Shown here piece by piece: positions 49,991 to 63,790 of a DNA stretch of 64,000 bases; position 1 is the stretch's first letter, and each line of letters begins with the position of its first letter. Position numbers and translations under genes: made by a program. Under the pieces are notes generated by a model. The model had not been told where the DNA came from. It searched no databases and saw only the letters and a program-made list of their open reading frames with translations. Origin of the DNA: Octopus sinensis (Eukaryota); assembly GCF_006345805.1 (NCBI RefSeq), contig NC_043018.1:15748001-15812000 (forward strand). The letters run 5' to 3'.

Positions 49991-52471
49991 CAGTTCATTC
50001 TTTTTGTCTGAAATATCATGTAACTACTTTAATGGGAAGCGAACTTGTTTAACCATACATCATGTGTTTGCGCGTGTGGGTAACTGGATATCAAAATTGC
50101 ACTTTAATCCGAAGCGCTGAACCAATATTTCCTGGGACGACACCGATTTGGCACTAACCTTTCTATGACCTCAACCATGACAACGTTAACCTTTAATCTG
50201 TTACGAGAGTGTAGCCATCATATGACGGCAATTGTTGGGAATATGTTGGGAATAATATCAGTTAATTTTACTTGAGGTAGTACAATTATGATTCTACTTT
50301 TTTTTTTTTTTTCAAATCTCATGGTATTCATACAAAATAATGAACAGAATATTGATTTTCAAACTAAAAAATAATTAATTGAAATAATAAAATTAAATAA
50401 AGCAAGATGTTCATGTTTATATTTACAATAAATATATGCTACTAATAACAATGATACGGTTAATACTCTGATAATGAAGTGAGAAGAAAATTTGTGCAAA
50501 ATATCACCATATATAAGAAGAATATAAAAAAAATTCCGGTATTGTATTTTGATAATGGTCTCAAATTTCGGCATAAAACCAGCGATTTCAGGAATAGTCG
50601 CCAGATCTCTTTCAAATCAAAAACTTAAAGTCCTAAACTTTTATCATTCAGATTACTTTGTTAAATGTAATACTTGTTTATTCACGTTGTTTTGAATTAA
50701 TCATACATTGTTTTGTAGCTTTGTGATTTCAATGAAGTGGTTGTATATTTTAAGAACAACATTGTAAGGAAGGTGTGAAAGTGGTCTGGTGAGTTTGAAC
50801 ATAAAACAAGGAGAATATTCGGGTCTGATTTGGTCGGTTCGAATACTAAATAGTTAAAAGAGGAAATTATGCTGTATATTATTTCAAGAGAAGCTCGCAG
50901 AACAGCAGGAATCCAAACAATTATGTATCAATTCTCACTACATTCTGGCCGATTCGAACCTGAATGATCATTGTTGTTTTTCGTCACCGGAGAACGTTTT
51001 CTCCCTTTAGACAATGTGTGTTCATAGCATAGGTGATTCGCTTATGTAAAGGGACTTTGAGACACAGCAGTGTTTCGACCTTATTATGTGTTTCATCAGT
51101 CAAAGCGACCCTGAACCGATGATTCTAACTAGAGTGCAATTTCTTGTTCATAGAAATTCGCGAGTAATTTATTTGCCGATGCGAGCGGATATCTACCAAA
51201 CAGATAATAATTCATGCGCACGCAGGCTTGAAATGCATTATCCGAAAAACGGGAGAAAGCAATGGTCGCGCTAGTTAATGTAGTCCGAGACATCCCTTTA
51301 AACAATAGGAATGGTCACGGTTGGAATGCTGTTGATTCTATGTCTGCTTGAATAGGGCAGGCCAGTGGGCATAATCTTCAATAACTGTGATCCATCTAGT
51401 TGAAAGATCAATTGTTTTTACTTATATAAACAAAAGGTTTTCCGGAGTAAAGTTCACGTAACCTCAAAATGTTGACGTTGTTTAAAATCACACAAAAAAA
51501 AAAATGGAAAAAAAATCACCGGCTTAACAAAAAATATATATTAATAAAGAGTATCACGACGACAACGACTACGATGATGACACCATAAAGCAATATGGAA
51601 ACGGGAGCAACGTCAGACGATAAGCAATGAGTTCATTTGAATTTCTTACGAACGCTCGTTTAAAAATGGGCTGGCATAACATCTCGAAGGTTAACCTTGG
51701 CTATCGTGTTTATCACACTCGTAATTACGTCATTAGTGCTGGTGTCACGTGATCACACACGCTGTTTTTGCCTCAGCTTCTGGTGGCTTTTCACCTTGAA
51801 CAAACATAAAAGAAAGAGGCCGCAGTTGAGTGACTGCTTCTTAAATTTCTGACAGTTTATTTGTAGGCTTTGATGTCTGTGTTTCGTTGCCTTTCAACAA
51901 ACAAATAATATATATGTAAATATACATACATTTGTATGTGTGCGTGCGTGCACGTGTATATATATAAATATAATATATATATATATATTATATATATATA
52001 TATATATTATATATTATATATATATTATTATATAATATATATATATATATATAGTATTATATTATATTGAGGGTACTACTATTCGTAGATACCACACGCT
52101 AAAGAGGGACCAATGCGTTCAAAACTACTAAAATAAATTTCTTTTAAAGATTTTATCCTCAATGTTAATTAATATATAGATATAATATATATATATTATA
52201 TATATTAACAAAATAATAAATAAAACATATGCATATATACATACTATATGTACATACCTACATCTACATGTATATATACATCATATATGGGTACAGGACA
52301 CCAAAAAAAAAAACGTCGAACACAATGAGAAACGAAAACATAAACACAAAACCAAGGAAATGGACATTTTTCTTAAACAACGAAAAAAAAAAGAGTACAG
52401 ACATACAACACAAGGAACAATCCCCTTCTTCAGCCGCCTCTGTTTCATCTACTCCACGTTCGAAGGTAAAG

Positions 52472-52571
52472 NNNNNNNNNNNNNNNNNNNNNNNNNNNNN
52501 NNNNNNNNNNNNNNNNNNNNNNNNNNNNNNNNNNNNNNNNNNNNNNNNNNNNNNNNNNNNNNNNNNNNNNN
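52472..52571. other. Assembly gap (100 N)
   Basis: Exactly 100 N, a conventional placeholder of unknown true size. Confidence 1.
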
Positions 52572-53559
52572 TTCCTCCATTATTGAAATTAAGTTCTTGG
52601 ACGATATTTTTTAGATTGAAAGCACTTTCTGCTCCACAATCCATTTCTTCGAATTTCTTCTCATTCTTTCTCTTTATTGTTTGGACAAATTTCCATAAGA
52701 TGGTTCGTATTTCAGTGGTGTTTGCCTTTTGTCTGCAAATTGGCCTTCCGTTTAACTACCCAAGCCACGATATCGTTATCTTCATTTCACTAAAAACGGA
52801 ACAGTATCATCTGATCTCATAGAACGGTTTCTATAGGCTTTAGAAGATATTTGACGAAATTATAGCATTTTTGGTTTTATTGAGTCAAAGACATTACTGG
52901 AAGTGCTTATTTCAACAGATAAATTTCTATTATTATTGCTTCTACCATTTTTGCTATCGTTGTCGTGGTCGATGTGGTGCTCTAAAACAACCCCGATCCA
53001 GGAGTCTTATAATCAAACTCTTCAAACTGTGTCCATTTTATCTTTTCCCTCATATTTAAGTCGGACTAACTTACCCTATCGCCTATATTTTCTTACGGAT
53101 GATGACATGATTTATTGAGAGAGATTCGGCATTGTTTCTAGCAAGAACGTGAACCACGTAGTCGCTTAATCAACAGCGTTTTCACGAGGGCAAATGTTTA
53201 ATGACAAAAGATCAAACCTACATTTTCACCTAATTCTAATCGATGCAAAATTTCTGTTAAAGTTGTTCAGAATTTCAAGTCAAAGACAAACATCTCTGTA
53301 TGCTTTGTCTCCAGTGTTGTAGACGTTGGTCTATTTCCTCTCTGTAATTGCTCTTGCTTTTAACTACCAAACAACCATTCCCTAATAATTACCATATTAA
53401 AACAATAGTCTTTTGATGTTACAAAGTGATATTTATAGTTCTTTTCGATGTTGCTTTTTCATTCTTCGTTATTATTGGGACACATTCTCTTTCATAACGA
53501 GGATCAGGGCTTTCGTGAAGTTACAAGATTTCAGTGAAATGCTTTTCTTCACCAGAGGA

Positions 53560-53960
<401 letters not shown>

Positions 53961-54564
53961 TATTTTTATTTTTATTCTTTTTCTCCTCTCCTCCTCCTCC
54001 ATCTTCTTCTTTATATTGTGGTCGATGATGAGGATGATGAAGAAGACAGTGACGACGACGACGACGATGCTCTTAATCCACTTATCGACACCGACGCAGC
54101 TGATCTATGGCCAAAAGATATTATGTCGTGAAATAAACTCATCTTTTAACATCGAATTCCTTTCAGACTCTAATTTCATGTATGTCATTACGCCCTCCCC
54201 TTAACTTAAAAGACGATACTGTAGGAGCTGAGATATATTTTGACTATTATTCTTAGTAAATCGAGCGATCACGTAGACGCTCTGTAGATTGTCTTTCACA
54301 ACAGCGATGTCCTGCCAGGTAAATCTAAATCCACCATCTGTCGTACAATAGTGACGGTATACTTCTCTGCGTGAGGCATCACTCCTGGTTTCGCTTAATG
54401 ACATTCATAACAAATACGGAGACATGTTGAAGTACTTTCATTACACACAGTTTCGACTAAGATTTATTGCCTGTCTCTAACGTTATTTTCTAAAATTTAA
54501 GGATATTATTCCTTTTCTGTTCATCTAACGACTACTTCTATCCTTCGTCTTCTTCCTCTTTATT

Positions 54565-54571
54565 ATCATTA

Positions 54572-54625
<54 letters not shown>

Positions 54626-55170
54626 CATTATTATTATTATCATTTCACATCACAGAGATCTTGATATCATTACTCGGGTTAGTTCTGCTGTAAGAAAGGA
54701 CAACTTGTTCTCAAGTGTCTCAAAAGTTCTCTTTCCATGATACTTAACATCCAACTACCATTTCCAAAATCCTTCCTTTCCCCATTTGAGCAGTTTTCTG
54801 ACCATATTCTACATTTCTGTCAATCCCAATTTCTCTAACAAATTTTTCAATCCCGGTTATCAATACCCCCAATGCCCCGAGAACTACAGGGATAACAGTT
54901 ACTCTCTTCATTGTCTACATTTGTGCAATATCATCTTTTAGTGGTTTAGACTGCTCAGTATTTTCCAATTCCTTGTTATCCGCTCGTACATCCCCAGGAA
55001 GAGCAATATCTATGATCTTGGTTTCCTTCATCATTTTATCAACAACAACGTCTGGTGTGAAACATCAATCACTGAATCACACTGGATTGTAAAATTCTAT
55101 AAAGAACTTATGGTCATTATTCTCGGTGACGCCCTCTGTTTCACGTTCATATCTTTTCAATGTACTTTGA
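54565..55170 (-). pseudogene. Restriction-like-endonuclease non-LTR retrotransposon 3' relic (R4/Dong-like) with (TAA)n tail
   Basis: Minus-strand translation: YERETEGVTEN...PDVVVDKMMKETKIIDIALPGDVRADNKELE...MKRVTVIPVVLGALG...QKTAQMGKGRILEMVVGC* (stop at 54746-54744). This shows a PD...D-type RLE domain, then a 3' UTR and TAA repeats. Confidence 0.8.
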
Positions 55171-55231
55171 AGAGCACAGCGGTAACGGTTCTTCTGTTGG
55201 CTTCCTTAATAATATTTCCACCAAAGCCAGT

Positions 55232-55875
55232 AGTTTTCTGTGGAGGCGATTAGTCAATATCCTTGAGATCAGTACTTTGCATTTACTTTATTTTCATTCA
55301 TTCATCGGCTCTCAAAGCATAGTTTTCCTGAGGCGATTAGTCATATCCTTTAGATTAGTACTTTGCAGTCTTTTATTTCATCGGCTCTCAAGCATAGTTT
55401 TCCTGTGGAGGCGATTAGTCAATATCCTTGAGATCAGTACTTTGCAGTTACTTTATTTCATCGGCTCTCAAAGCATAGTTTTCTGTGGAGGCGATTAGTC
55501 AATATCCTTGAGATTAGTACTTTGCAGTTACTTTATTTCATCGGCTCTCAAAGCATAGTTTTCTGTGGAGGCGATTAGTCAATATCCTTGAGATTAGTAC
55601 TTTGCATTTACTTTATTTCATCGGCTCTCAAAGCATAGTTTTCTGTGGAGGCGATTAGTCAATATCCTTGAGATTAGTACTTTGCAGTTACTTTATTTCA
55701 TCGGCTCTCAAAGCATAGTTTTCTGTGGAGGCGATTAGTCAATATCCTTGAGATTAGTACTTTGCAGTTACTTTATTTCATCGGCTCTCAAAGCATAGTT
55801 TTCTGTGGAGGCGATTAGTCAATATCCTTGAGATCAGTACTTTGCAGTTACTTTATTTCATCGGCTCTCAAAGAA
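55232..55875. repeat. 80-bp minisatellite, about 8 units
   Basis: AATATCCTTG recurs at 55421, 55501, 55581, 55661, 55741 and 55821. The left-most units are more diverged. Confidence 0.95.
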
Positions 55876-56344
55876 TAGGAAGCTAAAATGACATTTCGTG
55901 ATTGAGAACTGAACTCAAAGCGTTAACACTCGGAACAAAGAGCGTAAAGACATTCATACGACATTCTAAAGATCTTGCCAGCTAAGCACTTTGGCTGTAA
56001 TAATAAGGACGATTATTATTCTTCTTATTTTTTCTTTAGGCAGAAATCCAAACCCGTCGTCGTTATGTCCTTCTTTTGCTTTTGAGAAGAAAAGAAGTAA
56101 TTGATGTAAATAACCCCATTACATAACTAGTATATAATTTGTTCACCCCACCGCGACTTCAACCTTGAAAATGATAATTATAATAGTAATTACAATCTTA
56201 ATTAATGAGACCGGGTTTTTGTAGTCATGATATTTTGTAGTCATGAGCAAGAGAAGTTGTAATTCTTGTAGTAATTGTAGTAGTAGACATTTTAAAAGAT
56301 ATGGCAGCACCAGCACCGGCACCAGCAGCAGCATCAGTAGTAGC

Positions 56345-56402
<58 letters not shown>

Positions 56403-56667
56403 ATAGTGGTGGTAGCAGTGGCAGTCGAGCAAGGGATTTGCATTGGTCCCTTATAATTGAAGAGTTCTGAAGACAACCAACAAGTCCGCTACTTTTTACT
56501 CTGACTAGGTTTGCTTGGTACCAACGCAACTGTCTTGTTTTCTGCACTTTTCACCAGAGGGCTCTGTAATAAAACAGGGAGAGAGAGAGGATTAAATTTA
56601 TGTTTTTACTAAAGATGCAATATATAAACCAAACGCATACATATACATACATACATACATATATATA

Positions 56668-56699
<32 letters not shown>

Positions 56700-57175
56700 G
56701 ATTAAATATAATTAAGAGTTTAAGATAACATATTATTATCTGTGGAGTCATATCTGTGGTGAAAAGGAATTAGGTGTCTTTGGCTGCTATTTCTAAATTT
56801 TCGGTATATGGTGAAGCAAATTCTTGCTAAACCCTTAATGATATTAAATTATATATAAAAAACTTTTTGTAAAAGTTTCTACCGATATTGGTTCTCTTTC
56901 TATACCGAAACTACTTGGTAAAATTTATTAATTATTAAATTAATAATTCTTTACCCTATATCTGTATATGTCCGCCGCAGTTGACGCCAACATCTCTACT
57001 TGATTTTTGTGAGTTAAATGTGCTGAAAGGACATCTGCAAAGACGTCTTCACTGCACGTATGTCTGTATTTATATGTATACATACATGCATACATATGCG
57101 TATATACATAAATACAGCTATAAATATATATATATTGTGTGTGTGTGTGTGTGTGTGTGCGCGCGCATGTGCGTC

Positions 57176-57216
<41 letters not shown>

Positions 57217-57438
57217 TATTATATATATATATATATATACATATATATGTATGTTTATATATATATATATATATATTGTATGTATACATATGTATAAACT
57301 AGAATATGTATTTATATATGCACACGTATATATATGTAAGCACACACTAACACGCAAGCTTACATACACACAGGCACACAGACATACACACATATATATG
57401 TATGTATATATATATATGTGTGTGTATATATATGTATG

Positions 57439-57469
<31 letters not shown>

Positions 57470-57517
57470 GTATAAACTAGAATATGTATTTATATATATG
57501 TATATATATGTATGCAT

Positions 57518-57865
57518 ATTAATTTATTATATAGAAGGAGCTTCTACAGGACTAGTACTGTTTCATTCAAGAGAAATCTTCAGGAAGCTATTTAACAAGA
57601 ATTGTATTAGCATTTATACATTTAGGCAGGTTTAAAGGAGAGGTGGTGGGGGACTTTTTGGGGGTAGGCATAGCGCAAAATATCATACTTGGGGGAGTGG
57701 TCAAGGAGTCATGGTAAGTTAGATGAAAGAATAGATAAATAAAAAAATAAAAAATAAAAAATAAAAAATAAAAAAAAAATGTGTGCACATACATACATAA
57801 CACATATACATACACACACACATACGTACACATGTGTGCCTATACATACCTACACATACACACAT

Positions 57866-57896
<31 letters not shown>

Positions 57897-58433
57897 TCTA
57901 TATATATATATACACATATATATATATACACATATATATATAACACAATCCAGTACAGGCCCATTCCCTAATTTTAATTTTTTATCTTCATTTATTACTT
58001 TTGTTATCTTTGATCGCTAGAGCTAAGGATCCTGGCGATGGCAGCATGTCCAAATTGTCTGTCTACTAGAAGGCAAGTACTCGTTCCCGCACGCACACTC
58101 ATTAGCACGTACATACACCCATTCGTACACTCATACACATACACGTACGCACGCGTTATATTCATACATACAAACATCTACATACGTTCACGTATATACA
58201 CATACGTACTCGTACCTACAGATTCATGTCTACACTTTAGGAGGCTAGTCTATATATATACACCAATAATATACATATATATAACATATATACATATATA
58301 TATACACATATACACATACACACACACACACACATATATATACTCCTACATACAGATACATACCTATATATATATATATACATACACACACATACATATA
58401 CACATATATATATATACATATATATACAACATA

Positions 58434-58471
<38 letters not shown>

Positions 58472-58687
58472 CATACATACAACACACACCATATATATAC
58501 ACACACATACACACATATATATACATACACAAACATATATACACACATATATATATATATACATATATACACACATACATACAACACACCTACATACATA
58601 TACACACAACACATACATACGTAAACATACATACATACATCCATACATCCATACTTACATGCACTTATACGCATACACACACACCCA

Positions 58688-58721
<34 letters not shown>

Positions 58722-59550
58722 TATATAATATATATATATATATACCCACTCACACATACATATACAAATATACGCCCACACATACATACATACATACACG
58801 TATACGCATACACGCACATACACATATACATGCGTACCCATACACGTGCACACACGCACATGCATCCATATGTATACACACACTCACATATATACACGTG
58901 TGCAAGCATACATACATACTCATACACGCACACATACTTACATATACATATATGCACACACTTACACACATATATACATACACATATACATGCATACATA
59001 CATATATGCATACATACACATACACGCACATACACATACACATGCGTACCCATACACGTGCACGCACGCACGCGCATCCATATATATACACATGCACACA
59101 TATATATACACGTGTGCAAGCATACATACATACTCATACTCATACTTGTATGCTTGCACACGTGTATATATATGTGTGCGTGTGTATATATATGGATGCG
59201 CGTGCGTGCGTGCACGTGTATGGGTACGCATGTGTATATGTGTATGTGCGTGTATGTGTATGTATGCATATATGTATGTATGCATGTATATGTGTATGTA
59301 TATATGTGTGTAAGTGTGTGCATATATGTATATGTAAGTATGTGCGTGTATGAGTATGTATGTATGCTTGCACACGTGTATATATGTGAGTGTGTGTATA
59401 CATATGGATGCATGTGCGTGTGTGCACGTGTATGGGTACGCATGTATATGTGTATGTGCGTGTATGCGTATACGTGTATGTATGTATGTATGTGTGGGCG
59501 TATATTTGTATATGTATGTGTGAGTGGGTATATATATATATATATATATA

Positions 59551-59588
<38 letters not shown>

Positions 59589-59807
59589 TGGGTGTGTGTG
59601 TATGCGTATAAGTGCATGTAAGTATGGATGTATGGATGTATGTATGTATGTTTACGTATGTATGTGTTTGTGTGTATATGTATGTAGGTGTGTGTATGTA
59701 TGTGTGTATATATGTATATATATATATATATGTGTGTATATATGTTTGTGTATGTATATATATGTGTGTATGTGTGTGTATATATATGGGTGTGTGTGTA
59801 TGGTATG

Positions 59808-59839
<32 letters not shown>

Positions 59840-60387
59840 ATATATATATGTATGTATATATATGTATATATATATATGTGTATATGTATGTGTGTGTATG
59901 TATATATATATATATAGGTATGTATCTGTATGTAGGAGTATATATAGTGTGTGTGTGTGTGTATGTGTATATGTGTATATATATGTATATATTGTGTATA
60001 TATATGTATATTTATTGGTGTATATATATAGACTAGCCTCCTAAAGTGTAGACATGAATCTGTAGGTACGAGTACGTATGTGTATATACGTGAACGTATG
60101 TAGATGTTTGTATGTATGAATATAACGCGTGCGTACGTGTATGTGTATGAGTGTACGAATGGGTGTATGTACGTGCTAATGATGTGCGTGCGGGAACGAG
60201 TACTTGCCTTCTAGTAGACAGACAATTTGGACATGCTGCCATCGCCAGTCCTTAGCTCTAGCGATCAAAGATAACAAAAGTAATAAATGAAGATAATAAA
60301 ATTAAAATTAGGGAATGGGCCTGTATTGGATTGTGTATATATATATATTGTATATATATATATGTGTATATATATATATATATGTAT

Positions 60388-60418
<31 letters not shown>

Positions 60419-60770
60419 ATGTGTGTATGTGTAGGTATGTATAGGCACACATGTGTACGTATGTGTGTGTGTATGTATATGTGTTTATGTATGTATGTGC
60501 ACACATTTTATTTTTTTATTTTTTTATTTTTTATTTTTTATTTTTTTATTTATCTATTCTTTCATCTAACTTACCACTGACTCCTTGACCACTCCCCCAA
60601 GTATGATATTTTGCGCTATGCCTACCCCCAAAAAAGTCCCCCACCACCTCTCCTTTAAACCTGCCTAAATGTATAATGCTAATACAATTCTTGTTAAATA
60701 GCTTCCTGAAGATTTCTCTTGAATGAAACAGTACTAGTCCTGTAGAAGCTCCTTCTATATAATAATTAAT
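57518..60770. repeat. 3.25-kb palindrome (arms 57518-59126 and 59147-60770, 20-nt spacer)
   Basis: Unique segments such as AGAAGGAGCTTCTACAGGACTAG and GATGGCAGCATGTCCAAATTG recur reverse-complemented at mirrored positions. The centre reads ...GTGTGCAAGCATACA[tacatactcatactcatact]TGTATGCTTGCACAC.... Confidence 0.95.
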
Positions 60771-60889
60771 TTTACTCTGCTATGTATTGAGTACCTTACT
60801 TACTGTGGTTAACCCGGATCAACCCGGGACCTACATATATGTATGCATATATATATGTATATATATATATGTATATATATGTATATATG

Positions 60890-60942
<53 letters not shown>

Positions 60943-60953
60943 ACACACACATG

Positions 60954-61040
<87 letters not shown>

Positions 61041-62179
61041 TACGCACACAGATATATAAATACGAGTGAGAATAACTGAACATATTGCCGATAAACCCAT
61101 ACATCGATAACCTGCATTACTCATTCCAGCCAGGCTGCAGTAACGCTGTCTCGTTCCAATCGCCATGGGAAATGCACTGAACGAATAAGTGGCTGAGAAT
61201 AGAATCCATGGGCATCATTATTATTATTATCATTATTATTATTATTATTTTCATCATTATTAGTCACAAAATACTTGGTCTTGGTAAAAATAAGAACCCT
61301 ATATAAACATCGAAACGAGATAATAGAGATAAATACACTCGGTATCCCATTCTTCATCCGCAGCTTCGATATAATGAATTTGAAGTTAAATGAACTGGAG
61401 ATCCGAGGGAGAGAGACTGAAGAATAAAAGCCAGAAAAATTGCTCTGTGTACTAACAAACCTGTTCTAAAAATGATGTTGTTGGGCTATATCTATCTCGC
61501 AAACAGGCGGAGGAGTGGACGGTGGGTTGATATAAATGGAGAAGTATTATAAAGTATCCAGAGTTGATCTGAGGAAAATACAGAGAATAAAGAAGGAATG
61601 TGAACCTGATTAGTTTAATAAGAGAAAATGGAGGAGGAATCTAGGATAACGTTTGTCTCGATATAAAAGGAAACTAAACAACAAAAAGAGAAGTTTTTTT
61701 TTAACTTGAAGCTACATAAAGTGAAGAATGGCATTAGTTAAGGACACCAAAATATTCTGAGAGGAAAAAAAGAACAAAATGTAATAACAATGTGTAACGA
61801 GATAACTAATGAAAAAGAAAACAAAATCAGAATTAATGATGGAGAGAGAGAGATCGTAGCTGTATATGGTCATTGAGTGTCCTGCAAGCATGGATTGAGA
61901 AGAAGTGAATAATATGGAAACCAATAATGGCCTAAAAGTTTTCAACTAAATTTAGCTGCATAAGATCAATGCCTATCCCAAAATGCAATTACGCAAAAAA
62001 AAAATATTTTTTATTCTTTTCCTTTGTTCTTTTTTTTATTTCTGGTGCGGAGAGAAGGAAAGAAGAACAACGCTGACGGTAGAGAATAACTAGGGCAAAT
62101 GCCTTGATTGAAATCGCAGCCAAATCTCCCTCAAATTATACTGAGCATTTTCTTTAAAAAAATGAAAGAATTGAATAAT

Positions 62180-62860
62180 ATTGGTTTCAAATTTTGCCAC
62201 GGGGCCCGCAATTTCGGGGGATGGGATAAGTCATCACAGTGACCCAAGTACTCAACTGGTATCTATTTTATTCACCCCGAAAAGATGAAAGGCTAAGACG
62301 ACCTCAGCGGCATTTGAACTCAGAACGTAACGACAGACGAAATACCGCTAAGCATTTTACCCATTCGGCTAACGATTCCGCCACCTCGCCGCCTTCGTAG
62401 CGGTTTGTAAATATTGAATTGAATGAAAAAGTTTTATGACATCAACATCATACGATTCTCGCTGACTGGAATAAAGTTTTTAAAGTTGGTATAGTCATTC
62501 GAAGAACTTTTGTGGATGAATATTAGAACGTTGACCACCTCTACTGGCGACGAAGGTCCGGGTCGCACGGGCAGCCTTCGTAGTTTTCTGTTCGAAAAGG
62601 GGGTTGTATTAGTTTATCCACTGTTTACATACTTATAATTAAATCTTTAGGCAAGGTGTTGAACTGGTAGAGTCGTTACCGTCCCAGGTAAATGCACTTA
62701 GCAGGATTTCGTTTCTCTTTACGTTCTGAGTTCAAATTCCGCCGAGGTCGACTTTGAATTACATCCTCTCGGTGTCGATAAAATAAATACGTGTTGAGCA
62801 CTGGGGTTGATGTAATCGACCTCGCCCGAAGTTGTCGACTTTGTGCCAAAATTTTGAAAA
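62180..62860. mobile_element. Two diverged family-B SINEs in opposite orientation (about 62180-62394 minus, 62660-62860 plus)
   Basis: Both share the GAGTTCAAAT..CCG..GAGGTCG.CTT core. Confidence 0.75.
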
Positions 62861-63479
62861 ATATTTACTTTAATTAAACATTGTAAATCATATGAAAAGT
62901 ACGCTTCAGGAAATTAGAAGACGAAAGTGATGGAAGCTGGTCTTTGACTAAACGTTTTCAGTGCTCAGCAGTTCAAATTAAAAGGGATTTTTTAATATAA
63001 TTAATTTTAAAATCAATTTCAAATGTAAGAAAACGTTTCTCTCTCTCTCTGTGCCCCCCTCTCTCTATCTATCTTTCTCACACACACACAGATAGATAGA
63101 TAGAAAGATAGATATGCATATATCTATTTATATATACAAATATGTATGATTTTATTTCCATATATACATATGTACAGGCATATATTTATATATGCCTGAG
63201 TGTATATGTATTATCTACGTCCGTTTGTGTGTATGTATGTGTGTAGACACAGCAACATGTTAACCTTTTAAGCAGGGTTACAAGAAATTCTGCGGGGAGG
63301 GAAAACTATTTGTGTCAAAGGAAGGACAAATCCATCACGTTAGATCAACTGCTAAACCGAATTATTGCTTAAGGCTTAGAAACATTCAGAATGGTGAACG
63401 AGTGCTTCACTAAGTCCATTTGGCTGATGCACTTAAGCCTTGTTGAAAAGAGCTTACCGAGGAAAAGGTCAGCACGATA

Positions 63480-63790
63480 ACAAAACATTGTAGGAGGAGC
63501 ATTTAAGAGCCAGAAAAACTTCATTGATCCCAGGATTGTTTTGTTTTCGACGATTATATATGACCAGGCAATGTGGACCTTCGCTGTGAAGGACAAATCT
63601 TTTTGTATATCATGAAGGTTTCATGAAGGCATGCTTCTGCATTGCATACGACTGAAAGGAGATACGTCTGTCATGAATACATATCAAACTGCATCGTGAG
63701 AGCTGCATCAAGGCGAAGCGGTACATCTATCTATGTCTACAGTTCATTAACAAGTAATGGGAAAAAATGGAACAGAATCACATCAAACAT
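63480..63790 (+). pseudogene. Very old LINE ORF fragment, probably RTE-like
   Basis: One frame reads DPRIVLFSTIIYDQAMWTF...*RFHEGMLLHCIRLKGDTSVMN, loosely like LLYGxETWT...RFHxRCLRxILxIxWxDxVxN. Confidence 0.4.

Noticed and set aside
55232-55875. Possible CRISPR-like array
   Set aside because: Contiguous near-identical units with no unique spacers, no cas genes, and a eukaryotic context. The same applies to 26430-26858 and 7801-8428.
58038-60044. 527-aa and overlapping long ORFs (YI/HT/CV rich)
   Set aside because: These are translations of (TA)n/(CA)n/(TG)n tracts, which lack stops. The mirrored MAACPNCL ORFs only reflect the palindrome.
61121-61357. ORF with poly-Asn ([14 protein letters not shown]...AAWLE*)
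   Set aside because: Built around an (AAT)n microsatellite; no homology recognised and no clear splice sites.
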